DNA from: an uncultured bacterium
GTDB lineage: Bacteria; Verrucomicrobiota; Verrucomicrobiia; Verrucomicrobiales; DEV007
Direction of reading: 5' to 3'
NCBI GenBank assembly: GCA_963977015.1
Contig: CAXBMO010000014.1
Location: 1-64,000 of the forward strand
DNA: 64,000 bases
Part shown: positions 51,206 through 59,373 of the stretch, piece after piece
Numbering within the stretch: position 1 is the stretch's first letter
Layout of the letters: every line of letters begins with the position of its first letter
Translations under genes and position numbers: made by a program
Notes under the pieces: model-generated
What the model was told of the DNA's origin: nothing
What the model saw: the letters and a program-made list of their open reading frames with translations, nothing else
Databases searched by the model: none

Positions 51206-51997
51206 TCAGTGATGCTTATACCAGCCCTTGCCCAAGATATCGTTCCACGAAGTGGTTTGATGGCAGAGGAAGCATTGGCTGACATCGGCGTGTGGTTTGC
51301 CCGCGACACGGGCGGAAATCATTTTGAAGTGCATCATGTAATGGCTCGGTGGAGCCATGTGACATTGGGCGCAGTCTCGCGAGGATGGGGACGGGTGCTG
51401 GAACTCGCTGATGGTCCACTTTTTGACCCCATGACAGAAGGCGCAGTCGTTTCCGAAGAGCTGAAAATGCCGGTCGTCCCGCGAATGGCAGGCCGCGCAG
51501 TTCAGCATTCTCTCCATCGGGTGCATGTCCGGCTCGGTGGGAGGCACCACGGCCCCGGCCTGGCCACTCATGATCCAGTGACGGACCAGTTGCGCAGTTG
51601 CTGCGGCTTCGCTTTCCGGGTCTGCCTTTTTGAGTTGTCCAAGGCCGATCTCAGCCACCAGCTTATGATCCATTTCCGACAACCTGGCAGGCGGATGACG
51701 ATGTTCCTGGTGGCATTCAGCGCAATTGCCGATGTCGGCGTGAAACGCGGTTGGTTGCCGTTTCAAGATGGAGGTTGCGTTGGCGTGACAGACAACGCAG
51801 TTAGCATCTTCGACCCCGCGCATGGGCGTGTGGCACGCGGCGCAGTTGTCGCCCAGAAAAGCGTGCGCCTGGGACAAAGGACCAGGATTCGTCAGAGGCC
51901 CCAGTGCTTTCCCTCCGTCGCGAAGCAAGGCCCAAGCGGCAACCGCTGTGGCTAGAATGGCGCCGGTTGTGATAAGAATCGTTTTCAGCTTAGCCAT
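51206..51997 (-). CDS. Heptaheme cytochrome c, membrane anchored
   Basis: Seven CxxCH: CAACH, CVVCH, CAECH, CAACH, CAFCH, CAQCH, CFLCH; PGPLSQAH. Confidence 0.92.
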   Translation of the reverse strand: MAKLKTILITTGAILATAVAAWALLRDGGKALGPLTNPGPLSQAHAFLGDNCAACHTPMRGVEDANCVVCHANATSILKRQPTAFHADIGNCAECHQEHRHPPARLSEMDHKLVAEIGLGQLKKADPESEAAATAQLVRHWIMSGQAGAVVPPTEPDMHPMERMLNCAACHSRDDRHFQLFGNDCAFCHGVKKWTISEFQHPSPSSRDCAQCHMAPPSHYMMHFKMISARVAGKPHADVSQCFLCHQTTSWNDILGKGWYKHH

Positions 51998-52734
51998 CGC
52001 AGTCCGTAGTAGAATTCAGAGAAAATGTGCAGCACCATCAAAAGGTAGAGCACCACGGAGATGAAGATGTGGAGCTTGAGCCATTTCGAGAAAGCCCGCT
52101 TGAAGGTTTCATGGGTGCGGAGGGCAAATTCGACATCGGCGATGGACTCAGAAAGACGAATCGCCCGTGCTTCCGTCGCATGAGGTCCTCCTTCAAAGAG
52201 CGGCTCGGCAATTCGCAGGCCGAGAGAGCGAAAGAATCCAGCGGAGCCCAAGATGGCCGATTCACCCTCGGTTCGTAGTTGGGCAACGACCAAATCGTAG
52301 TCGGCTCGCAGTTCACTGAGCACCTCCTTCTTTTCGCGGATCTCGCGCCCGATTACCGACATGAGATAGCGGCCCACGAATCCGCTCAACACAACAATCA
52401 ATGTCATTGCGGTGAGGGCGATGCCGATGGGACTTTCAAACTTGTGCCCGGTATGGATCAAAACCAGAATCGGGCCCAAAACGCCGGCATAGATGTGCCA
52501 GGCCAGCAGCGTGCGCATGGAAACGCGCTTTGTGACCGCCTTCTTTATCGGCTTAACCCGCTTGATGACCAAATAGAGCAGCGGCACTAACATAAGCACC
52601 GAACCGGCGATTCCAAACGTCAGTCCCCAGCCGCTTCCTGGAAACGAGGTGTCCGCGTGGAAAATGAAACCAAGCCAGACGACCACAAGAAATGTGACCA
52701 ATCCGCTGACGACGATTTTTTCCCGTTCCTTCAT
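51985..52734 (-). CDS. Ferric-reductase-like cytochrome b membrane protein
   Basis: TM His in LAWHIYAG, VLIHTGH, LKLHIF, VLHIF. Confidence 0.7.
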   Translation of the reverse strand: MKEREKIVVSGLVTFLVVVWLGFIFHADTSFPGSGWGLTFGIAGSVLMLVPLLYLVIKRVKPIKKAVTKRVSMRTLLAWHIYAGVLGPILVLIHTGHKFESPIGIALTAMTLIVVLSGFVGRYLMSVIGREIREKKEVLSELRADYDLVVAQLRTEGESAILGSAGFFRSLGLRIAEPLFEGGPHATEARAIRLSESIADVEFALRTHETFKRAFSKWLKLHIFISVVLYLLMVLHIFSEFYYGLRWLS

Positions 52735-52736
52735 GA

Positions 52737-54599
52737 TTACGCGTCCACGGCGATTGGTTCGGTGGCTTTCGCCTGGCAGGCAAGAATGACCCCATCCGCC
52801 TTGTCTTCATCCGTCAGGGAATCCTCGCAATCCATCGTAACGTTGCCGGAAATCAGTTTCACCTTGCACAAGCCGCATTGGCCGGAGCGACAGGAATTGT
52901 CGATGTCCACACCCGCAGCGTCGGCCGCTTCAAGAACTGTCTGGTTTGGCGGCAACGGAGCGGATTTTCCGGACTTTTGGAAATTTACCGTGGTCGCCGG
53001 CGCGGCTTTGTCGGCGGGGACCGGTTCCGCAGGTTTCTTTGCGGGGCCAAACGCCTCGGTCAGCACTTGGTTGTCCGGCACTTGAAGCTCCCGCAACATT
53101 CCTAACACCGCTTCCATCATTCCCGGCGGGCCGCAGACGTGAACGCGGCGCGTCTGGATTTCGGGGACCAGGTGGCGGATGATCTCCGTGGTGAAATAGC
53201 CCTTCAGCCCCATCCAGACCGCTCCCGGTTCTCTCGTCATCGAGGCGTGAACGTGCAGGTTGGCATGGAGGAGTTGGAGTTGCTCGAGTTCCCGCCGGAA
53301 GATGAAATCGTTCGTCGTCCGGCAGCAATAAAGGAGAAAGATGTCGTTGCGCCAGCCAATGTCGGTGAGGTAGCGAATTACGCTCATCAAAGGCGTTATC
53401 CCAACACCTCCCCCGATCAAGACGATGCTTTCCGACTCTTTTCCGGTGAAAGTGAACTTTCCGTTGGGAGCGGCGACTTCAAGCAAGCCGCCTTCCTTCG
53501 CCTCGTCGTTGAGGTAGCGCGAAACCAAGCCTTGCTCCTCTCGTTTCACGGTGACCGCACAGTAGTGAAGCTGGGTCGGCGTCGAAGCGATCGTGTAGCT
53601 GCGCTTGACCGGCTTGCCGTCAAGATTGAGTGCGAACGTCAGAAACTGACCCGGGTAATAGGTAAACGGCAACGCAACATCGTCCGGCGCTTCCAGGCGC
53701 AACGTTTTGACCTCGGGCGTTTCCTGCAAAATGCGGCAGACTCTGAGTTGCCCCGTCCATTTCCGCTCCGGCTCAGTCCGCGAACGCATCGCAGGAAACT
53801 GGGGAGGCTCGATAGCTTCCGCGGTGGCGCGATTGCGGGGCGCTACCGCTGGAGGATCGGAAACCGGGCCTGCAGGAGGCGAAGGAGCGTTTCGGACATC
53901 GGCCGCGAGTTCGGTCAGCAACTGCGAAGCGCGCCGCATTTTGAAAAAATACATCCACAGCATCAACCCGGCGAACCCTATCAAAGCGATCATGGAAATG
54001 AAGTGAAACGTGGACATGCCCAGGATGCCGTGTCGATGCTCCGTGAATCCGCCTCCGCCGGTCAGGTTCATTTCCTTGCGAAACCACTGAAGGGCGACGT
54101 TGCGCGGCTCACTTCCCTCTGCCAATGCGCGGTGCGCCGCCAAACCGCTGTCAAGTTGGGCCAAGCCCTCCTTCATCTGATCGGTCGCCGCCTGCATTGC
54201 CGCGAAATCATCGGTGGGGGCCGCTTCGGAGAGTTTGCCGAGAGCTTTGGACATGGCATCGGCCCCGGCTTTCATCCGCTGATGGGCTTTCGCCTGAACC
54301 TCGGCTCGCTTCTCCAGAGGCAGATCTGGCAAACGCATGAGTTCGGGATAAAGCTCCAACTCTTTGGGGGCTCCCATTTTCTCCATCATCTTGTCCATGC
54401 CGCCCATCATCCCACCCATCATTCCTCCGCCTTCGCCCTTCTCGCCTTCTTCCTGCGGCCCGGAGCCCTTTTTCTGGTCGCCGGATTTGCCAGCCAGTTC
54501 GGGATGATGCTTCAGGTGCTCTTCCTGGGAAATCTGCGCCGGCGCCGGTTGAAGCGCGGCCAGCCATAGGATGATGAGGGCGAAGTTGAATCTAAGCAT
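52737..54599 (-). CDS. FAD/NAD(P)H oxidoreductase with C-terminal 2Fe-2S ferredoxin and N-terminal Met-rich exported domain
   Basis: Signal peptide, GGMMGGMM, TM helix, RSYTIAS, GGVGITP, VCGP, CRSGQCGLC..C. Confidence 0.9.
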   Translation of the reverse strand: MLRFNFALIILWLAALQPAPAQISQEEHLKHHPELAGKSGDQKKGSGPQEEGEKGEGGGMMGGMMGGMDKMMEKMGAPKELELYPELMRLPDLPLEKRAEVQAKAHQRMKAGADAMSKALGKLSEAAPTDDFAAMQAATDQMKEGLAQLDSGLAAHRALAEGSEPRNVALQWFRKEMNLTGGGGFTEHRHGILGMSTFHFISMIALIGFAGLMLWMYFFKMRRASQLLTELAADVRNAPSPPAGPVSDPPAVAPRNRATAEAIEPPQFPAMRSRTEPERKWTGQLRVCRILQETPEVKTLRLEAPDDVALPFTYYPGQFLTFALNLDGKPVKRSYTIASTPTQLHYCAVTVKREEQGLVSRYLNDEAKEGGLLEVAAPNGKFTFTGKESESIVLIGGGVGITPLMSVIRYLTDIGWRNDIFLLYCCRTTNDFIFRRELEQLQLLHANLHVHASMTREPGAVWMGLKGYFTTEIIRHLVPEIQTRRVHVCGPPGMMEAVLGMLRELQVPDNQVLTEAFGPAKKPAEPVPADKAAPATTVNFQKSGKSAPLPPNQTVLEAADAAGVDIDNSCRSGQCGLCKVKLISGNVTMDCEDSLTDEDKADGVILACQAKATEPIAVDA

Positions 54600-56004
54600 C
54601 TTGAGCAGCCTGAAAAAACGTTTGGGTTCCACGAGATTGCATGGCTTCCTCCAATCGCTTGAGGGCGACCGCATAGGAAGCCGTGCGCCAGTCCGTGGAA
54701 TTTTCCTGAGTTACCCGCTCCACTGCCTGAAACGCAGCCACCATTCGTTGTTCGAGTTCGCGGTGAACTTTTTCCAAAGGCCAGGATCCGGCCCGATTTT
54801 GGAGCCATTCAAAGTAGCTCACGGTCACTCCACCGGCGTTGGCGAGGATGTCGGGCAGAACGGTGATTCCTTTGGCATTCAGAATGGCATCGGCTTCCGA
54901 GGTCGTCGGGCCATTGGCGATTTCAACAAGGTAGCTTGCCTTGATGCGACCAGCGTTCTCAGCCGTAATCTGATTCTCAATCGCAGCCGGGATCAAAATA
55001 TCGACGTCGAGCTCAAGCAGTTCCCGGTTGCTGATGTGGCTCGCTTCACAAGCTGGGCATTCGCAGTCTTCGCAACAGCACTCATGGTCAATGCTTCCAC
55101 AGTGGGAACACTGACAAACCGATCTGCCGCAATAGACGTCCTCGACAAATTCTCTCCGATTCTTGCTTTCGATGACCGCGGGAATGTCCAGGCCGCTGGT
55201 TTGAAACAGTCCGCCTTTCACGTCGCTGACCGCGATCACGCGATAACCATCAGCATGGAGGAGCGCGGCTATGCTCTGACCGGCATTGCCGAAGCCTTGA
55301 ATCGCAACTCTGACGGCGGACGGCTGCCATCCTTTTCGCGCCTCCAATTCCTTGATGCAGTAGTAAGCCCCCCGTCCGGTCGCGTCATCCCGACCCAGGC
55401 TGCCACCGAGTGGAATCGGTTTGCCGGTGATGACTGCCGGGCAGAGTTCGCGGCGAATCCGCGAATATTCGTCCATCATCCAGCCCATGATGATCGGATT
55501 GGTGTAAACGTCAGGAGCGGGAATGTCGCGGTTCGGCCCGATGAAATCCGCCACTTGCTGGACGAAGGCGCGGCTGAGGCGCTCCAATTCCATGCGCGAG
55601 AGTTGATGGGGATCGACCGCGACACCTCCTTTAGCTCCGCCGAAAGGAATATCCAACAAGGCACACTTGCAGGTCATCCAAAAGGCCAATGCCTTCACCT
55701 CGTCGATGTTGACATCGGGATGATAACGCAACCCGCCCTTGGTCGGCCCCCGCGAGTCGTCGTGGCGGATGCGATAGCCGCGAAACACGCGTTGGGAGCC
55801 GTCATCCATCCTCACACGAACGGAAACCAGAAGCGCAGCCAAGGGCTCACGCAACTGTTCCTTCACTTCGGCGCTGATTCCGGCAATCTCCGCTGCTCGA
55901 TCCAGGCGCGAGAGGGCGTCGTCGTAGATCGAACGGGTGCTGGATTTGGGTAACGTGGAGGAAGTCTCGGCAGGCCTTCCAACAGCAGTCTGAGGTGCAG
56001 TCAT
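54592..56004 (-). CDS. gdhA: Glu/Leu/Phe/Val dehydrogenase with Cys-rich insertion
   Basis: KGGLRYHP, GGAKGG, DIPAPD, QGFGNAG, NAGGVTVSYFEW. Confidence 0.92.
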   Translation of the reverse strand: MTAPQTAVGRPAETSSTLPKSSTRSIYDDALSRLDRAAEIAGISAEVKEQLREPLAALLVSVRVRMDDGSQRVFRGYRIRHDDSRGPTKGGLRYHPDVNIDEVKALAFWMTCKCALLDIPFGGAKGGVAVDPHQLSRMELERLSRAFVQQVADFIGPNRDIPAPDVYTNPIIMGWMMDEYSRIRRELCPAVITGKPIPLGGSLGRDDATGRGAYYCIKELEARKGWQPSAVRVAIQGFGNAGQSIAALLHADGYRVIAVSDVKGGLFQTSGLDIPAVIESKNRREFVEDVYCGRSVCQCSHCGSIDHECCCEDCECPACEASHISNRELLELDVDILIPAAIENQITAENAGRIKASYLVEIANGPTTSEADAILNAKGITVLPDILANAGGVTVSYFEWLQNRAGSWPLEKVHRELEQRMVAAFQAVERVTQENSTDWRTASYAVALKRLEEAMQSRGTQTFFQAAQDA

Positions 56005-56098
56005 GGTGATGTCACTATTTCGGAGTTTGCTTTTTGGGTGGCCAACGCGAACGCACCGAGCTGTATCTGAACAAAACGATGTCCGTTAGCGCGCGGTA

Positions 56099-56656
56099 TC
56101 ACTTGTGGCCCCCCTTCATACCGTGGCCCCCATGACCGCTGCCGTGCTCTTGCATCCGCGACCACATCTGACCGTGCGAACGGCCAGCCTTCCAACAGCG
56201 ATTCCAGCCGAACATATGCCCGCCGGACACAAATCCGGGGCCATGCAAGTTGCCGTGTTGAAGCCCTCCTCCCTGCACCCAGTCTGCCCGGCCATAAAAT
56301 TGACTGCATTTACCAGCGGGGTCGGAAGCCGTGGGATGCGGCGCAAGTTCCATCGTTTTCCCATCCACTTCGATCTTCAGCGGTTCGGCATCAATTGGCG
56401 CGGGCTGTTTCAGGTCTTTGTCCCAAGTGTGGATCATGACTTCGCCGGTTTCTTGATTCGCCAATAATTCAGCGTTGACGGAGCCATCGTCGTTCGGAAT
56501 AAGGTCTCCCCCATTCGGACCGGCTTTGGCGGAGCCGCAACCGGGAAGCAAAATTGTCAGCGCGGCGAGCGCGACAACCCAGATGGCCAACAGCAGCCAG
56601 TGTTGACGGTTGGCGGAGGCAGAGTGTTCCGCAGAGTGTAAGGTTTGTTCGTTCAT
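56099..56656 (-). CDS. Hypothetical lipoprotein
   Basis: LPGC lipobox, GPNGG motif, His/Met tail. Confidence 0.7.
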   Translation of the reverse strand: MNEQTLHSAEHSASANRQHWLLLAIWVVALAALTILLPGCGSAKAGPNGGDLIPNDDGSVNAELLANQETGEVMIHTWDKDLKQPAPIDAEPLKIEVDGKTMELAPHPTASDPAGKCSQFYGRADWVQGGGLQHGNLHGPGFVSGGHMFGWNRCWKAGRSHGQMWSRMQEHGSGHGGHGMKGGHK

Positions 56657-57558
56657 TGGTCTGGATTTGGTTGGTGTTGATGGGCATCGGCCGGTGAATC
56701 CTGTTTGCCGGATTCATGCCCGGTTAGAGCCTTGCGCTGATCGTCACTGAGAACCTCGGCAGCCATACCAACCGCGGAGATAAAACTGAGTCTCTGCTGC
56801 GAGGTGAGCGTCCCAATCTCGGCCAACTTCGTCTGGATCGCGGCGGTATTGGGCTCAGCGACGCTGGTAAGGCTCCAGAGTTCTTCCTCCGCCTTTTCGA
56901 TCTGGCGATCGAATTCGCTCTGTTCGGCCAGCGCCTTTTCCTTGATTCCGTTGAGTTGCTGCTGTTGCTCGGTGGTCAGTTTCAGGTGCTCCAGGTGATC
57001 CAGGAAGAAACCGGTCGAGCCAATGTGGTAAATGTGTGAGGCTCCCGGGAAACCGGGCAAGGCAGAGATTTCGAGAGAAGCATCCGGAGATTTTCCCATT
57101 TTGCTCATGTGGTCCATTCCCATTCCCTGCTTCATCATCGCCATGCCCATCTTCATACCGTCCATCTTCATACCATCCATCTTCATACCGTTTATCTTCA
57201 TACCATCCATCTTCATGCCATCCATCTTCATGCCATCCATCTTCATGCCGTCCATCTTCATGCCGTCCATCTTCATGCCGTCCATCTTCATGCCGTCCAT
57301 TCCTTTGCCTTTGCCCATCGCCATTGCGCCGCCGCCTCCCTTGCCATGCGATGTGTGGTCGTGTGTGCCGGCCGCTTCATCGGCGGTTCCCCGATGATTC
57401 TTGCCAAGCGCGGCTTGCAACTTGGCAACCGTGGCCCGGAGTTCGATGATCTGGTCTTCGAGCGATGGTTCGGACGGCTTCTGATCCTGCGCTAAAGACA
57501 AAGTTGCGAGGGGAACCAGAGCGAGAATGGCGAGGCTGCGTTGAATACGAGCATTCAT
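56653..57558 (-). CDS. Periplasmic Spy/CpxP-like protein with Met-rich repeats
   Basis: Signal peptide, LTTEQ and LSDDQ (LTxxQ), ten GMKMD-type units. Confidence 0.8.
   Translation of the reverse strand: MNARIQRSLAILALVPLATLSLAQDQKPSEPSLEDQIIELRATVAKLQAALGKNHRGTADEAAGTHDHTSHGKGGGGAMAMGKGKGMDGMKMDGMKMDGMKMDGMKMDGMKMDGMKMDGMKINGMKMDGMKMDGMKMGMAMMKQGMGMDHMSKMGKSPDASLEISALPGFPGASHIYHIGSTGFFLDHLEHLKLTTEQQQQLNGIKEKALAEQSEFDRQIEKAEEELWSLTSVAEPNTAAIQTKLAEIGTLTSQQRLSFISAVGMAAEVLSDDQRKALTGHESGKQDSPADAHQHQPNPDQ
57145..57300 (-). repeat. 15-bp tandem repeat, about 10 units
   Basis: (catcttcatgccgtc)n variants encoding GMKMD. Confidence 0.95.
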
Positions 57559-57611
57559 GAGGATTTAGGTAGGATTTGAATTTGAGCCGCAATAGAGGCC
57601 CTTACCCGGTT

Positions 57612-57638
57612 CAACGCCGCCAAAGCAAATTGCCCTCT
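57612..57638 (-). promoter_or_regulatory. Putative ECF promoter
   Basis: AGAGGG-N14-GGCGTTG. Confidence 0.72.
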
Positions 57639-57696
57639 AAGAAGTTGGCGTTTTTCACTTCTGGCAGGGATTGTGGGCCCCGCTAGACCGCCAATT

Positions 57697-58311
57697 CTAT
57701 GTGAGATGGCTCGGCAACAGCTTGCTCAGCGACTTTCTTAGTTGCTTTCGAGCACGGTAGAGCCGCATTTCAATCGTCTTAGCCGAGCATCCCACAATTC
57801 CGCCGATCTGCTGATAGGAAAGGTGCTCGAATTCAAAGAGAATCAAAGCCGTCCGTAAATCATGAGGCAGGTGACTAATCGCTTCGCTGACCAGCCGGAC
57901 GCGATCGCTGCGATCGGCGCTGTCGTCCGGGCCATCCTTTGGGCATGTCAGGTTTTGAAGCGAGTCTTGCGAGTCATTTTCTTCGTCATTTTGGCAGGCC
58001 ATGGCGCTGCCGGGATGACGCCGGCGCCATCGCGCTTCATTTCGCGCCAGATTGACTGCAATGGCAAACAACCATGCGGAAAAGGCATGGCTCGGGCGAT
58101 ACCGGCTGCGGCTCTGATAAACCCGGACGAAGGTTTCCTGGGCCAGGTCAACGGCAACGCTCCAATTGCTTGTATAGCGATACAAGAAGGAAACCAGAGG
58201 CTGCTTCCAACGCTCTATGAGGTCGTTGAGCGCCAAATCATCGCCCTCTCGCAGCCGCGCCATGGTTGCCTTGTCCAGGGTGTCCCGGTTGGATTCTTCC
58301 GAACTGGTCAC
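57697..58311 (-). CDS. ECF sigma factor
   Basis: DLAQETF, FSAWLFAIAVN, SYQQIG...TIEMRLYRARKQL; GTG start overlaps upstream stop. Confidence 0.92.
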   Translation of the reverse strand: MTSSEESNRDTLDKATMARLREGDDLALNDLIERWKQPLVSFLYRYTSNWSVAVDLAQETFVRVYQSRSRYRPSHAFSAWLFAIAVNLARNEARWRRRHPGSAMACQNDEENDSQDSLQNLTCPKDGPDDSADRSDRVRLVSEAISHLPHDLRTALILFEFEHLSYQQIGGIVGCSAKTIEMRLYRARKQLRKSLSKLLPSHLT

Positions 58312-58826
58312 TCTTCGTGTTTGTCGTAGCTCGGGGCTGCATCGTGCCGTTCCAATGGCACGGGTGATACGGCGCTGTGTTCGTGCAGACCTGCATCGAC
58401 CAGCCGGGCGGTCATCATTTCCCGGTAGCGTTTCGCGGACTCTGGATTCATCTCCTTGCTGACGTCGTAGATGTGTTTCAAGGTAGCCTTTCGGCAACGT
58501 TCCCGGAGGATCGTTGCCTCCTCGAGCGACGATTCGATTTCGGGCGTGATTTCTGTGCTTTCCCGAAGCAGTTGGAGCAGATGGCGATTACTTTTCTCCA
58601 AGGCGTCACAATATCCGAGGCATTCGACTTGATGGGCGGCATGGAGTTCGCGAATATTGGCGAAATTCTCTTCTTCAATGTGATATTCATGCCGGAGCCA
58701 TTGCAGTTCGGAGTATTCGCCGCGCGTCATCGCGGCAACCTCAGCATAAGAAGCGTTGAAAATCAGCCAATAGGCAAGCGCAGCCAGCATTGCAATAATG
58801 GTAAGGATGAAATATCCGCGCTTCAT
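58308..58826 (-). CDS. Periplasmic heavy-metal sensor, CnrX/ZraP-like
   Basis: N-terminal TM, LQWLRHEY, HAAH..C...C, C...LKH. Confidence 0.72.
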   Translation of the reverse strand: MKRGYFILTIIAMLAALAYWLIFNASYAEVAAMTRGEYSELQWLRHEYHIEEENFANIRELHAAHQVECLGYCDALEKSNRHLLQLLRESTEITPEIESSLEEATILRERCRKATLKHIYDVSKEMNPESAKRYREMMTARLVDAGLHEHSAVSPVPLERHDAAPSYDKHEE

Positions 58827-59188
58827 CGCGAAACGGCTTTCAAATGGTTCGGCGCCAAGGGATCAATGGTAACAGCGTAGCGTTCGCCCAGTCGCTGCAA
58901 TGTATGATGGGAGGCGAGTTGGGAATGGATCTGAGCCGCGAAAGCTGTCAGCGTCAAAACCGCCAACGCGATCGACACGGCAACTCGAGGTCGGGCCATC
59001 TGTTCGCCTACAAACTCAAGCCACTTTCCCAAGCCTCGAACGTCGTCCTGCCGGGAGCTGATACGTTGCCAAACAGCGCGGTCAAAGTCCGGAGGAATCT
59101 TGGGTTCGATGTCCCAGGAATGGAGAAGCTCCTTGAGCTGGGAATCGTCTTCTTCTGTGGCATGGTTGTTTCTCGGCTTATTTTTCAT
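58823..59188 (-). CDS. Anti-sigma factor-like membrane protein
   Basis: QLKELLHSW....PPDFDRAVWQRI, one TM, Y...IDP. Confidence 0.72.
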   Translation of the reverse strand: MKNKPRNNHATEEDDSQLKELLHSWDIEPKIPPDFDRAVWQRISSRQDDVRGLGKWLEFVGEQMARPRVAVSIALAVLTLTAFAAQIHSQLASHHTLQRLGERYAVTIDPLAPNHLKAVSR

Positions 59189-59211
59189 GAAGTGGGGATT
59201 CTTCCCGAGTT

Positions 59212-59238
59212 CAACACCGGTGGAGCGGGATTCCCTCA
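59212..59238 (-). promoter_or_regulatory. Putative autoregulatory ECF promoter
   Basis: TGAGGG-N14-GGTGTTG. Confidence 0.7.
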
Positions 59239-59373
59239 AGAATCGTGGACTTTTGAGGCGAAAAAGGGAATCAAATCTCGCAATTTTTGCAGAACTAGAA
59301 TTCCAACCGGTTGAGGAGGAAGTAGCCGGCCCTTTCTTGATCGGAGTCCAGCTAGCCGCAAAACAAAGCTTAA

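Noticed and set aside
54571-55953. 460 aa plus-strand ORF
   Set aside because: Antisense shadow of the GDH gene; no motifs of its own.
57145-57300. CRISPR-like array
   Set aside because: Contiguous coding 15-mers without spacers; no cas genes.
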